DNA from: Candidatus Omnitrophota bacterium | Lineage (GTDB): Bacteria > Omnitrophota > Omnitrophia > Omnitrophales > Aquincolibacteriaceae | Length of the DNA: 64,000 nt | Direction: 5' to 3' | Assembly: GCA_023247055.1 (NCBI GenBank) | Contig: JAHFHF010000007.1 | Coordinates: 2,186-66,185, forward strand | Part shown: positions 1-9,663 of the stretch, piece after piece | How positions within the stretch are numbered: the first letter of the stretch is position 1 | Layout of the letters: each line of letters begins with the position of its first letter | Notes under the pieces: model-generated | Told to the model about the DNA's origin: nothing | Seen by the model: the letters and a program-made list of their open reading frames with translations, nothing else | Databases searched by the model: none | Translations under genes and position numbers: made by a program

Positions 1-147
1 CAAACGGCAGGTTTTTTTGCGGAAGAAACGCCCGCCACCGCCGCCAGGACGTCCGTCACGGTCTCTTTTCGGCCGGCCGCCGAATTTACCCCCGGCCCCA
101 CGCTGGGGAGGACGATCACCCATTGGACGACTGCTTTCAGTTCTCAT
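1..147 (-). CDS. rpsR: 30S ribosomal protein S18, 5' part (runs off window start)
   Basis: Manual translation MRTESSRPMGDRPPQRGAGGKFGGRPKRDRDGRPGGGGGRFFRKKTCRL..; the RKKxC motif, a GAGGT RBS and the position after rpsF-ssb fit S18. Not in the ORF track. Confidence 0.85.
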   Translation of the reverse strand, partial: MRTESSRPMGDRPPQRGAGGKFGGRPKRDRDGRPGGGGGRFFRKKTCRL

Positions 148-240
148 GTCTTACCTCACCTTTACAATAGTTAAATGCAGGGACAAGTCCATGCTTTTGG
201 ACCTGTCCCTAAAACGAGTCAGAATTTTACAGAACTCAAG

Positions 241-708
241 TTAAAAGGGAACTTCTTCATCCGGACGAAGCTCATCTTTCGAGATGGGAATCGAGGGGTT
301 GGACGAAGGTTCGTCAAATGCGGCCGGACTTTCATCCGGAAACGCCTCTGAGTCGCTGCGGGATTTTGCGCCGCCGGCAGTCCCCAAAAATTGCACGCTC
401 TGCGCCACGACTTCAATCGTGGAACGTTTCGTGCCGTCCTGGGCTTCCCAGCTGCGGCTTTGCAGGCGGCCTTCCACAAACACCGGACGTCCTTTTTTCA
501 GGTACTCATTGCAAATTTCCGCAAGCTTGCCCCAGACCACAATGCGGATAAAACTGACTTCTTCTTTTTTCTCGCCGGTTTGGCCCGTATAGCTGCGGTT
601 GACGGCCACCGTGAAAGAGGTGACCGGCTGACCGGAGGGGATATAACGCAATTCAGGATCACGCGTCAAATTACCCATCAACAAAACTTTATTGAAACTG
701 GCGGCCAT
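241..708 (-). CDS. ssb: single-stranded DNA-binding protein
   Basis: NKVLLMGNLTRDPELRY N-terminus and acidic DEEVPF tail. Confidence 0.97.
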   Translation of the reverse strand: MAASFNKVLLMGNLTRDPELRYIPSGQPVTSFTVAVNRSYTGQTGEKKEEVSFIRIVVWGKLAEICNEYLKKGRPVFVEGRLQSRSWEAQDGTKRSTIEVVAQSVQFLGTAGGAKSRSDSEAFPDESPAAFDEPSSNPSIPISKDELRPDEEVPF

Positions 709-713
709 AAATT

Positions 714-1076
714 TTAGGAAGCAGCGGCGGGCTCAGGCTTGGCCGCAGCAGCGCTCTTTTTAATTTTCTTTTTCTTGGGTTTAATGGCTTTGACGATTTT
801 AAGGGTAATCATGAACTTGAGCACATCGGCTTCAAGCAAAAGTCCCCGTTCAATTTCACGGACAGCGGCTGGAGCCGCGTCAAAGTCATAAACCACAAAA
901 TAGCCATCGCGATTTTTCTTAATCGCATAGCCAATTTGCTTTTTACCCCACTCCGCCTTATTGCGGATGGCGCCCCCGTGCTTGGCCACGAGCCCTTCAA
1001 AAAACTCCAGGTGCTTCTTACGGGCTTCGACCGTGGCTTCGGGCACAAAAATAATCAAACCTTCATACAATCTCAT
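714..1076 (-). CDS. rpsF: 30S ribosomal protein S6
   Basis: MRLYEGLII..WGKKQIGYAIKK..GYF; start trimmed to the ATG at 1076 after an AGGAG RBS. Confidence 0.93.
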   Translation of the reverse strand: MRLYEGLIIFVPEATVEARKKHLEFFEGLVAKHGGAIRNKAEWGKKQIGYAIKKNRDGYFVVYDFDAAPAAVREIERGLLLEADVLKFMITLKIVKAIKPKKKKIKKSAAAAKPEPAAAS

Positions 1077-1172
1077 GGAGGACTCCTTAATCGAACGATT
1101 TAAAAATGGGCACACACTTTAACATATCCCCAAGGCTGAGGCAAGTAAAGGATGCGGGGCTTTAAAAATACC

Positions 1173-1781
1173 CTAACTCTTTGGCACTCTTTGATTTACA
1201 GCATTCATAGCGCGCTCCATCGGCCCTTCGGCCCAAAGACGGCAAACGTCACCCGCGCGTTTTAAAAATTCCGGCATGACCGCTTCTTCTGCGGCGCTGA
1301 ACAGATCCAGTACATAATCGTGCAGGGCCTCAGAGACATCTTCGGAATCAGCGGGCATTTGGGTGCCCGGTTTCCCGATGCCCATGCGCAGGCGGGCATA
1401 TTTCTCGCTTCCCAGCGCCTGGGCCACCGATTTAAGCCCGTTATGCCCGCCCGAACTTCCCTGCCCGCGCAGCCGCAGCATGCCAAAAGGCAAAGCCGCG
1501 TCATCGACCACAATCAAAAAATCAGAGGCCGGATCCGCAGGATACTGCGCCTTGATTTTCCGGACCGCGTCGCCGGAGAGATTCATAAAAACTTCCGGAT
1601 AAATCAAGCACACCGTTTCCGCGCCCCAGGAAGTTTCGGCGCGCAGTGATGCGATTTTCTTCTCGCGTTTGAAAACGGCTTTTGCCTGCGCTGCCATAAA
1701 CTCGATCAGCGCGCGGCCGATATTGTGCCGCGTCCGTTGATAGCGCACGCCGGGATTTCCCAAGCCGATGATCAATTTCAT
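1173..1781 (-). CDS. pth: peptidyl-tRNA hydrolase
   Basis: LIIGLGNPG..TRHNIG, GGHNGLKS, RLRMGIG motifs. Confidence 0.97.
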   Translation of the reverse strand: MKLIIGLGNPGVRYQRTRHNIGRALIEFMAAQAKAVFKREKKIASLRAETSWGAETVCLIYPEVFMNLSGDAVRKIKAQYPADPASDFLIVVDDAALPFGMLRLRGQGSSGGHNGLKSVAQALGSEKYARLRMGIGKPGTQMPADSEDVSEALHDYVLDLFSAAEEAVMPEFLKRAGDVCRLWAEGPMERAMNAVNQRVPKS

Positions 1782-1841
1782 AAAATACAGAGCGCTTTCC
1801 CAAACAGGAAAGCGCTCTGTCCTTCGTGTGCGATTCGCCGG

Positions 1842-2555
1842 TTATTTCTTGGCTTCAGGCTTTTTGGCTTCCGGTTTTTTACCGGCCTCGGGAGCGGCTT
1901 CTTCGCCTTCCGCCGGTTTCTTGCCCTTCTCAATGACTTCCGGTTCTGTTGCCGCGGTTTCATCCGTCACTTCCGCCGCTTTCTCTTCTTTGATGGCGTG
2001 AACGGCCACAACTACTTCATCCGCAGCCAGAAGACAGGTCACGCCTTCCGGCAGATTCAACTGGCTGGCATGCACCAGGTCATTGATTTTCATGCCCTTG
2101 GCATCGACGACAATGGCTTCAGGAATCTGGGTCGGCAAACACTCGACTTTAATCGTGTGATGGACCACATCCAGAACGCCGCCTTCTTTAATGCCGGGCG
2201 CTTCTTCCGTGTTAATCACTTCAAGACGCACATCGACCTGAATCTTTTCGGTCATGGAAATGACAGTAAAATCAACGTGATCAATTTCGTCGGTCACGGG
2301 ATTGTGCTGGATGTCCTTGACGAGGCAGGTGGATTCTTTCATCTTCGTGCCCTCAAGCTGCAAGTTTATGATGACGTTGATGCCGCTTTTGGTATGCAGC
2401 GTGCTGAGCAGGTTCTTTTTCAGCACCTCGAGTGAAAGCGGCTCCATGCCGTGGCCGTAAACGACCGCCGGTATTTTACCCGCGCGCCGCAGGGCCCTCG
2501 ATTTTTTGGACCCTTTCAGGTCGCGTTTGTTGACATTAAGATTGATAATCTGCAT
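1842..2555 (-). CDS. rplY: 50S ribosomal protein L25/Ctc
   Basis: LRRAGKIPAVVYG, HVDF; prs-rplY-pth synteny. Confidence 0.96.
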   Translation of the reverse strand: MQIINLNVNKRDLKGSKKSRALRRAGKIPAVVYGHGMEPLSLEVLKKNLLSTLHTKSGINVIINLQLEGTKMKESTCLVKDIQHNPVTDEIDHVDFTVISMTEKIQVDVRLEVINTEEAPGIKEGGVLDVVHHTIKVECLPTQIPEAIVVDAKGMKINDLVHASQLNLPEGVTCLLAADEVVVAVHAIKEEKAAEVTDETAATEPEVIEKGKKPAEGEEAAPEAGKKPEAKKPEAKK

Positions 2556-2600
2556 TGAAGTATCCTCCGTTGAATTTTGAAATGATTGCTAAATTTATAT

Positions 2601-2674
2601 TTGTCATTGCACGGCGGCGTTTTAGTAAGGCCGAAGCAATCTCGGAGATTGCTTCGCTTCGCTCGCAATGACAA
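2601..2674. repeat. GTCATTGC..GAAGCAATC..GCAATGAC palindromic REP-like element
   Basis: Terminal inverted repeats TTGTCATTGC/GCAATGACAA with an internal GAAGCAATCTC/GAGATTGCTTC hairpin; related copies at 9245, 30157, 35176 and 49748. Confidence 0.85.
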
Positions 2675-2679
2675 AAGCT

Positions 2680-3657
2680 TTAAGCTTCTACACCCACCTT
2701 GGAAAAAAGCGAACTGACCGACTCATTTTGATGAATGCGGCGGATCGCCTCTGAAAGCAGCGTCGCGACGGAAAGCTGCACGATCTTCGGGGTCTTTTTT
2801 TCCGGCCCCAGCGGAATCGAGTTCGAGACGATTAATTCTTTAATGTCTGAGTTTTTAATGCGTTCAATCGCCGGGCCGGCCAGCACAGGATGCACGATGG
2901 CCGCATAAATATCCAGCGCGCCCGCATCCTTCAGGGCCTTGGCCGCTTCGACCAGCGAACCCGCCGTGGAAACGAGGTCGTCGACCACAATCACGTTTTT
3001 GCCTTCCACGGAACCGATGATATTCATCACATGCGTGCGCGTGGCATCCTCGCGGCGTTTATCGACGATCGCGAGCGGACAATCCAGCAATTTGGAATAA
3101 GCGCGCGCCATGCGCACGCCGCCGATATCCGGTGAAACCACCACCGCATTCTGGATATTCTTTTTCGAAAGATACGTGCCTGTCACGTTGATGGAATACA
3201 GATGGTCCACCGGGATATCAAAGAACCCCTGAATCTGCCCTGAGTGCAGGTCCATCGTAAGCACACGGTTCGCGCCGGCGGTCGTGATTAAATTGGCCAC
3301 CAGCTTGGCCGTAATCGGAACACGCGGTTTGTCTTTACGGTCCTGGCGTGCATAGCCGAAAAATGGCAGCACGGCTGTGATGCGTTTGGCGGAGGCCCGG
3401 CGCGCGGCATCGATCAACACCAGCAGTTCCATCAGATAATCGTTGGGATGCGTGCAAGTCGATTGAATGATGAAAATATCTTTGCCGCGGATATTTTCAC
3501 AAATCTGAACGTGAATTTCGCCTTCCGGAAAACGGTCGCAGATGACATTGGCCGGATGCACCCCGAGTTGATCAGCGATTTCATGCGTAAGCCCGGGGTT
3601 GGAATTGCCCCCGAGAATAATCAAAGAATTGTTCGCCGCTGATGGAAACTTAAACAT
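2680..3657 (-). CDS. prs: ribose-phosphate pyrophosphokinase
   Basis: GYARQDRK, DLHSGQIQGFFD, VDDLVSTAGS motifs. Confidence 0.97.
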   Translation of the reverse strand: MFKFPSAANNSLIILGGNSNPGLTHEIADQLGVHPANVICDRFPEGEIHVQICENIRGKDIFIIQSTCTHPNDYLMELLVLIDAARRASAKRITAVLPFFGYARQDRKDKPRVPITAKLVANLITTAGANRVLTMDLHSGQIQGFFDIPVDHLYSINVTGTYLSKKNIQNAVVVSPDIGGVRMARAYSKLLDCPLAIVDKRREDATRTHVMNIIGSVEGKNVIVVDDLVSTAGSLVEAAKALKDAGALDIYAAIVHPVLAGPAIERIKNSDIKELIVSNSIPLGPEKKTPKIVQLSVATLLSEAIRRIHQNESVSSLFSKVGVEA

Positions 3658-3669
3658 AGTATGGATTCC

Positions 3670-4935
3670 TTATTTTTTTCTTTTAACGGTTTTAGCCGGC
3701 ACGCCTACGGCGGTTTCACCGCGGCGCACATGGCTGCCGGCCGTCACAACGGCGCCGGCGCCGGTCTTGGCATGATCGCCGATCTGAACCGGAGCAATCA
3801 GTACCGTATTGGACCCGATAAACGCTTTCTTCCCGATGCGCGTCGCATGTTTATGGACGCCGTCGTAATTGGCCGTAATCGAACCGGCGCCGATATTGGC
3901 GCCATCCCCGATCACGGCATCCCCTAAATATGCAAGGTGTTTAACCAAGACGGCCTTGCCGAGTTTCGAACGGTTGACTTCCACAAACGAACCCACGACG
4001 GCGCCGTCACCGAGCACGCTGCCCGAACGGATTTTTGCAAACGGACCGATTTGGCAGCCGCGGCCAATCTTCACATTGCCTTCGATGTAGCACCAGGGAT
4101 AAATGACCGTATCCTGGCCGATTTTGACACCGGCCGCCACAAACGTCTGCTCGGGCGCTTCGAATGTCACGCCCTGCGCCATGTGGCGCTGAATTTCACG
4201 GTTTTTCATAACTTGAATGGCCTTGGCCAAATCTTCCCGCGAATTGATGCCCTGGCCTTCCTGCGGTGCGGCCAAAGGGAACGCCTGAACGTCCATGCCT
4301 TCAGCGGCCAGAATTTCAATCGTATCGGTTAAATAATATTCCGCTTTGCGATTCGCCGGTTTGAGTTTGCGCAAGGCCCGGAAAAGGGCCGGCGCCTTAA
4401 ACAGGTAAACCCCAGTATTCACTTCTTGAATCCGCCGTTCAGCTTCCGAAGCATCCAGTTCTTCACGGATGCCGATGAAACGCCCGCCTGCCCGTAAGAT
4501 GCGTCCATAGCCATGCGGGTCAGGAACAACACACGATAAGACGCTGACGCTGCTGCCGGTCTGACGGTGTTCGGCCATAAACCGCTTAAGCGTTTCGGTT
4601 TTAAGCAGCGGCATATCTCCCGGCCAGATCAGGACGTCGCCGCGGCTTTTGCGCAAGGACGGCACCGTCATCCGCACCGCATGCCCCGTGCCTTTTTGCT
4701 GCGCCTGCAGAACCGGAATACTCGATTGTCCAAAAAGCTTGCTGGCCTGTTTTAAAAACGACCGCACTTGATCCGCTTGATTGCCCACCACGACCCGCGG
4801 CCTTTTGACGCCAAGATCCGCCAACGTTTTCAGCGTATGCCCGAGTACCGGAAGACCCAGAATGGGATGCAAAACTTTGACAAGACCGGAACGCATCCGC
4901 GTTCCCTTGCCGGCCGCCAGCAAAACAGCGTCCAT
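3670..4935 (-). CDS. glmU: bifunctional UDP-GlcNAc pyrophosphorylase/glucosamine-1-P acetyltransferase
   Basis: LAAGKGTRM, EYYLTD, hexapeptide repeats, NYDG. Confidence 0.95.
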   Translation of the reverse strand: MDAVLLAAGKGTRMRSGLVKVLHPILGLPVLGHTLKTLADLGVKRPRVVVGNQADQVRSFLKQASKLFGQSSIPVLQAQQKGTGHAVRMTVPSLRKSRGDVLIWPGDMPLLKTETLKRFMAEHRQTGSSVSVLSCVVPDPHGYGRILRAGGRFIGIREELDASEAERRIQEVNTGVYLFKAPALFRALRKLKPANRKAEYYLTDTIEILAAEGMDVQAFPLAAPQEGQGINSREDLAKAIQVMKNREIQRHMAQGVTFEAPEQTFVAAGVKIGQDTVIYPWCYIEGNVKIGRGCQIGPFAKIRSGSVLGDGAVVGSFVEVNRSKLGKAVLVKHLAYLGDAVIGDGANIGAGSITANYDGVHKHATRIGKKAFIGSNTVLIAPVQIGDHAKTGAGAVVTAGSHVRRGETAVGVPAKTVKRKK

Positions 4936-5801
4936 TATCCCTTGATTCCCGAAAGCTTGATTCCTTCCACAAAAAAGCGCTGGTTAAACATAAAGACAAG
5001 CAGGATCGGCAGAATCATCATCAGCGATCCGGCCATCAACAGCGTCCAGTCCGTGCCGTGCAGGCTTTGAAAATAAGCCAAACCGATCGGCAGCGTAAAT
5101 TTCTCATGCGTATTCATCACGATCAACGGCCACATGAAACTCATCCAGGAGCCCATGAAAGTAAACGTCGTCAGAGTCGCCAGCGCCGGTTTGGAAAGCG
5201 GCAGAATAATCCGCCAAAAAATACCGGTGTAAGAACAGCCGTCGATTTTGGCCGCATCTTCCAGATCGCGCGGCAAGGTCATGAAAAATTGCCGCAGCAT
5301 GAACGTGCCGTAAGCCGTAAACATCGACGGCAGAATCATGGCCTTGAAGGTGTCCACCCAGCCCAGCTTTTCGAGCAAAATAAAAACCGGAATCATGGTC
5401 ACGGCGCCCGGCACCATCATGGTCGCCAAATAAGCAAAGAACAAACGGTCGCGGCCCGGAAAACGCAGGCGCGCAAAGGAGTAGGCGGCCATGGCGCTTG
5501 TCGCCACTTGCCCCAGCGTAATCGCAAACGAAACAAAAATCGAATTTAGATAAAATTTTGCAAAGGGCACCACATGCCAGGCCTGCACGTAGTTCTGCCA
5601 GACAAACTTCGTGGGAATCCATTCGGACCACCAGACCTTGGAATAAGAGAACACATCGCCCGGATTTTTAAGCGACGTGGAAACCATCCAAAGAAACGGG
5701 CCGACCATCGTCACGGCGCCGATCGTTAAAAAAATATACGCGCCGGTCTTTTTGACGAACTGCCGCTGGCGGTGTCTGCGCTTGAGTTGTTCAGCGTTCA
5801 T
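4935..5801 (-). CDS. carbohydrate ABC transporter permease (MalG-like)
   Basis: EAA loop LEDAAKIDGC, multiple TM segments; start trimmed to MNAEQ. Confidence 0.92.
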   Translation of the reverse strand: MNAEQLKRRHRQRQFVKKTGAYIFLTIGAVTMVGPFLWMVSTSLKNPGDVFSYSKVWWSEWIPTKFVWQNYVQAWHVVPFAKFYLNSIFVSFAITLGQVATSAMAAYSFARLRFPGRDRLFFAYLATMMVPGAVTMIPVFILLEKLGWVDTFKAMILPSMFTAYGTFMLRQFFMTLPRDLEDAAKIDGCSYTGIFWRIILPLSKPALATLTTFTFMGSWMSFMWPLIVMNTHEKFTLPIGLAYFQSLHGTDWTLLMAGSLMMILPILLVFMFNQRFFVEGIKLSGIKG

Positions 5802-5803
5802 GT

Positions 5804-6715
5804 TTAGTAGTGAACCGTGCGGCCGTAAAAACGCCACTGCAAAATCGTGAACATAAAAACAATGACAAAGAGCACCCAAGCGATCGCGGCCGCGTAACCC
5901 ATCTGGTTCCAGCTGAAGGCGCTGTTATAAAGGTAATAAATCAAAGTCGTGGTCGAGCCGTTGGGACCGCCGCCGGTCATCACGTACGCCGGGTCAAAAC
6001 CCGCTTGAAAACCGCCGATGACACTCATGATGGCGATAAAAAAAGTCGTCGGTGAAATCTGCGGCCAGGTCACGGCCCAAAATTTATGCCAGCTGTTGGC
6101 GCCGTCGACTTCGGCCGCATCATAAAAATCACGCGGCACACCCTGTAGTGCCGCCAGATAAAGCACCATGTTGTAACCGCCCACGGTCTGCCAAACGCCC
6201 ATGATGATCAACGCCGGCTTGGACCAGGCCTCATCGTGCAGCCAGTAAGGCCCCTTCAGCGTCAGCCCCACCATCTCCCCGGCCTTGGCGATCATCATAT
6301 TCAAAACGCCGAAGTCCGGATTATAGATCAGCTTCCACAGCATGTAGATGGCCACGCCGGAGCAGATCGTCGGCAGAAAATAAAGCGTGCGAAAAACCAC
6401 AATGCCTTTTAATTTCTGGTTCAACGCCAGCGCCAGAATCAGCGACCCCGCCATGCTGAGCGGAATGCTGAGCATCATAAAAACCGTGTTATAGGAATAC
6501 TTCCAAAACAATTCGTCTTGAAAAAGCTGGATGAAATTATCCACGCCGACAAAAACCGGCGGGCCTGAAAGCGCGTCCCACTTGCAAAAACTTAAAACCA
6601 AAGACGCCATCACGGGCAGTGACGTAAACAGCAGAAAGCCGAGTAAATTAGGCGTCAGAAAGCCGTAAGCCGCTATCGTCTCTTTGGTCTGCGCCTTCAT
6701 GAAAAACTTCTTCAT
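5804..6715 (-). CDS. carbohydrate ABC transporter permease (MalF/UgpA-like)
   Basis: [12 protein letters not shown] loop, MTGGGP motif; ATGA overlap with the clpX stop. Confidence 0.92.
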   Translation of the reverse strand: MKKFFMKAQTKETIAAYGFLTPNLLGFLLFTSLPVMASLVLSFCKWDALSGPPVFVGVDNFIQLFQDELFWKYSYNTVFMMLSIPLSMAGSLILALALNQKLKGIVVFRTLYFLPTICSGVAIYMLWKLIYNPDFGVLNMMIAKAGEMVGLTLKGPYWLHDEAWSKPALIIMGVWQTVGGYNMVLYLAALQGVPRDFYDAAEVDGANSWHKFWAVTWPQISPTTFFIAIMSVIGGFQAGFDPAYVMTGGGPNGSTTTLIYYLYNSAFSWNQMGYAAAIAWVLFVIVFMFTILQWRFYGRTVHY

Positions 6716-7956
6716 GCCGTTTTAACCATCTCACGCGGCTTGAAAATAGGCGCTCCTTTGCCTTCCACGACGTCACGCGTAATCACACAGCGCGCCACAT
6801 CCGCTTCGGAGGGAATCTCGTACATGATGTCGAGCATCAGGGTCTCAAGAATCGCCCGCAAGGCCCGCGCCCCCGTGCCTTTCTTCATGGCCCGCACGGC
6901 AATTTCACGCAGCGCGTCGGGCATAAATTCCAATTCGGAACCTTCCATTTCAAAGAGCCGCTGATATTGCTTAATCAAGGCGTTCTGCGGTTCGGTCAGG
7001 ACGCGCACAAGATCATCTTCGGAAAGGCCTTGCAGCGTCGACACCATCGGAAAACGGCCGATGAATTCAGGAATAAACCCAAACTCAAGCAGGTCTTCGG
7101 TTTCAACCAGCGAAAGCAAATTGCGTTCCGCGCGTATATCTTCGGCCTGCGGCTCAAAAGGCCGGAAGCCCATGGATTTATTGGAAATGCGGCGCTCCAC
7201 AATTTTTTCCAGATTCGCAAAAGTCCCGCCGCAGATAAAAAGAATGTTGCGCGTGTTAACCTGAATGTACTCCTGCTGCGGATGCTTGCGCCCGCCCTGC
7301 GGGGGCACATTGGCCGTCGTCCCTTCCAGAATTTTCAGCAGGGCCTGCTGCACGCCCTCGCCGGAGACATCGCGCGTAATCGAAACGTTCTGCGACGTGC
7401 GCGCAATTTTATCGATTTCATCGATGTAAATAATGCCGAGTTCAGCGCGTTTGACGTCAAAATTCGCGACCTGGAGCAGGCGCAGCAGGACGTTTTCAAC
7501 GTCTTCACCGACATAGCCCGCCTCCGTCAGGGACGTAGCATCGGCAATCGCAAACGGAACATCCAAAAGTTTGGCCAGTGTGCGCGCAAAAAGCGTTTTA
7601 CCAGAACCCGTGGGCCCGATGAGCAGCACATTGCTTTTTTCGAGTTCAACCGCCTGGTCTTTGGCGGGCGCATTAATCCGTTTGTAATGATTATGCACAC
7701 TGACGGCCAGCTGCCGCTTCGCGCGTTCCTGTCCGACCACATAGCGGTCGAGATAAGTTTTGATCTCGCGCGGTTTGAGTACATGCGGCGGACCTTCGAG
7801 GTCACGCGGCCGCGCCGTTTGAAAATTATCTTTATCGAGAATATCACTGCAAATGCGAATGCAGATGTCGCAAATGTAAACGCCGGGTCCGGAAAAAATC
7901 TTCCGCACTTCCTTGCGTTTATCGCGCCCGCAAAATGAACAACGTTCTGAAATCAT
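6712..7956 (-). CDS. clpX: ATP-dependent Clp protease ATP-binding subunit ClpX
   Basis: CSFC..CDIC zinc finger, [30 protein letters not shown]. Confidence 0.97.
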   Translation of the reverse strand: MISERCSFCGRDKRKEVRKIFSGPGVYICDICIRICSDILDKDNFQTARPRDLEGPPHVLKPREIKTYLDRYVVGQERAKRQLAVSVHNHYKRINAPAKDQAVELEKSNVLLIGPTGSGKTLFARTLAKLLDVPFAIADATSLTEAGYVGEDVENVLLRLLQVANFDVKRAELGIIYIDEIDKIARTSQNVSITRDVSGEGVQQALLKILEGTTANVPPQGGRKHPQQEYIQVNTRNILFICGGTFANLEKIVERRISNKSMGFRPFEPQAEDIRAERNLLSLVETEDLLEFGFIPEFIGRFPMVSTLQGLSEDDLVRVLTEPQNALIKQYQRLFEMEGSELEFMPDALREIAVRAMKKGTGARALRAILETLMLDIMYEIPSEADVARCVITRDVVEGKGAPIFKPREMVKTA

Positions 7957-8092
7957 AAAATCCTTAATTTAAAATAATCGAAGCTTTCGATTCCTGCGTA
8001 GCTGTGCCGTCAAGGACATAGCGGCGTAAAACTGCCCAACCTGTTTGCCCGCCGCGCTTTTTAGCAGGAGCTCGATGGCACCTATTGCAAAT

Positions 8093-8163
8093 CTGCCCGA
8101 CCTGGGCTCGAACCAGGAATCTTGCCTCCAAAGGGCAGTGTGATACCATTTCACCATCGGGCA
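8093..8163 (-). tRNA. tRNA-Gln (TTG), CCA not encoded
   Basis: Reverse complement TGCCCGA..GGTGAAATGGTATCAC..CTGCC-CTTTGGA-GGCAA..CCTGG-TTCGAGC-CCAGG-TCGGGCA folds as a cloverleaf. Confidence 0.93.
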
Positions 8164-8343
8164 ATGATTTAAAACGTCGGGTTTTAAATCGGTTATAGTC
8201 CCAATGCATCAGCAGTGGGGCAATAAAGCAAAACATCACGTTTTGATTTGCTTATAGTCCCAGCGCATCGGCGATGGGGCAATGATTTAAAACGTCGGGT
8301 TTTAAATCGGTCATCGTCTCAACGCATCTGCGTTGAGGCAATG
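8161..8343. repeat. three ~60-bp structured tandem units abutting the tRNA-Gln 5' end
   Basis: GCAATGATTTAAAACGTCGGGTTTTAAATCGG occurs at 8161 and 8279 with a diverged middle unit; each unit has two hairpins. Confidence 0.75.
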
Positions 8344-8351
8344 CACACGGA

Positions 8352-9224
8352 TCAATAAGAATGACAGACGATGACTTTTTGTTTTAATGCGTGCTTGATC
8401 CGCCGGGCAAAGGCTCGGGCCTCTTTCAGGCTGGGAAATACTGCAAAAACTGTGGGCCCGCTCCCCGACATGCGCACAAGCGGCACCCCCAAATCCACTG
8501 CTTTTCTGACCGTATTTTGGATGGCTGGCTGAAGCTGAAAAGCCGGTTTTTCTAAATCATTTTTAAGAATTTTGTCCGCTTCGACGAGCATTCCAGAGTC
8601 TAGAAAATGGGTGGCGATTCTAACAGTGCGTTCTAGCTTTGTCAAGGAAACGGCCGGAAGGTGGCGGGACAGTTTCCGGTAAACGTCGCTTGTACTTAAT
8701 CCACGATCAGAAACGATCAAAACAAACCATTTTTTAGCATGGCATTGCAAAGACTTAATTTTATCACCTCGACAGGTACCCAAAGCCTGGGTTGTCTCCG
8801 TTAAAAAGAAAGGAACGTCGGCTCCCAACCGGCCGCCGAGTTTCATCAGTTCACTCCGGTTGATCTTCAACCGGAACAATTTTTTCATGCCCAGCAGAAA
8901 GGCGGCGGCATTACCGGACCCCCCGCCCAATCCTGCCGCCACCGGAATGACCTTCTTTAAATACACGTCCACACCCGGGAGTTCAGGAAAGCATTTTTTC
9001 AATAGCCGGTAAGCCTTGGCCATAATATTACGTTCATCGCAGGGCACGGCCGGATGGCGGCAATGAATGACAAGGGCCTCACGTCGCGCTACGAGCCGTA
9101 GCGAATCGCAGACGGAAATACGGTGAAAAAGCGTCAGAAGCCGGTGATAGCCGTCAGGGTACCGGCCAAGAATACGCAAATCGAGATTAACTTTGGCGGG
9201 ACTGCGAAGGGAGAGAGAATTCAT
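8352..9224 (-). CDS. ispE: 4-diphosphocytidyl-2-C-methyl-D-erythritol kinase
   Basis: SPAKVNL, IPVAAGLGGGSGNAA, GADVPFF, MSGSGPT. Confidence 0.96.
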   Translation of the reverse strand: MNSLSLRSPAKVNLDLRILGRYPDGYHRLLTLFHRISVCDSLRLVARREALVIHCRHPAVPCDERNIMAKAYRLLKKCFPELPGVDVYLKKVIPVAAGLGGGSGNAAAFLLGMKKLFRLKINRSELMKLGGRLGADVPFFLTETTQALGTCRGDKIKSLQCHAKKWFVLIVSDRGLSTSDVYRKLSRHLPAVSLTKLERTVRIATHFLDSGMLVEADKILKNDLEKPAFQLQPAIQNTVRKAVDLGVPLVRMSGSGPTVFAVFPSLKEARAFARRIKHALKQKVIVCHSY

Positions 9225-9244
9225 AATACTAACGCCAACGGATT

Positions 9245-9354
9245 TTTCCTGTTTGTCATTGCGAGACAGGATACCAGTAAGGCCGAAGCCATCTTTCTGA
9301 TCGAGATTGCTTCGGCCTTAGAGTGGTCGCTGCCTCGCAACGACAAACAGGAAA
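9245..9354. repeat. GTCATTGCGAG-family palindromic element
   Basis: TTTCCTGTTTGTCATTGCGAG ... CTCGCAACGACAAACAGGAAA inverted ends. Confidence 0.85.
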
Positions 9355-9388
9355 TACACAACGCACACAGCACTAGACGCTGGTTTAC

Positions 9389-9568
9389 GACCAATCTTTC
9401 TTCTTGCCCCTCCGCGTCATGCGCAGGGACTTTGCCTCGGCGGCCAAGGAAGCCGCCGTAGGCAATCAGGACCAATCTTTCTTCTTGCCCCTCCGCGTCA
9501 TGCGCAGGGACTTTGCCTCGGCGGCCAAGGAAGCCGCCGTAGGCAATCAGGACCAATCTTTCTTCTTG
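9389..9568. repeat. perfect 81-bp tandem duplication (2.2 copies) containing a GC hairpin
   Basis: GACCAATCTTTCTTCTTG at 9389, 9470 and 9551, with identical 63-bp intervening sequences. Confidence 0.9.
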
Positions 9569-9645
9569 TGCCGGTGCTTGCGCAATTTCTTCTTGCGCTT
9601 GTGCTTATTCATTTTTTTCTTGCGCTGCTTATGTGCCCAGGGCAT
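9547..9645 (-). CDS. small basic protein, AURKAIP1/COX24 (bS22/mS38-like) family, 32 aa
   Basis: Manual translation MPWAHKQRKKKMNKHKRKKKLRKHRHKKKDWS with an AAGGAG RBS; below the ORF-track cutoff. Confidence 0.8.
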   Translation of the reverse strand: MPWAHKQRKKKMNKHKRKKKLRKHRHKKKDWS

Positions 9646-9663
9646 TAAGGTCTCCTTAAATGC

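Noticed and set aside
6967-7938. 323-aa + strand ORF
   Set aside because: Antisense shadow of clpX.
7964-8239. ORFs overlapping tRNA-Gln
   Set aside because: Spurious translation of the tRNA.
8161-8343. CRISPR array or second tRNA
   Set aside because: Whole units are homologous with no unique spacers, and there is no T-loop or anticodon arm.
9389-9568. CRISPR array
   Set aside because: Repeats are only 18 bp, the spacers are identical and no cas genes are present; it is a tandem duplication.
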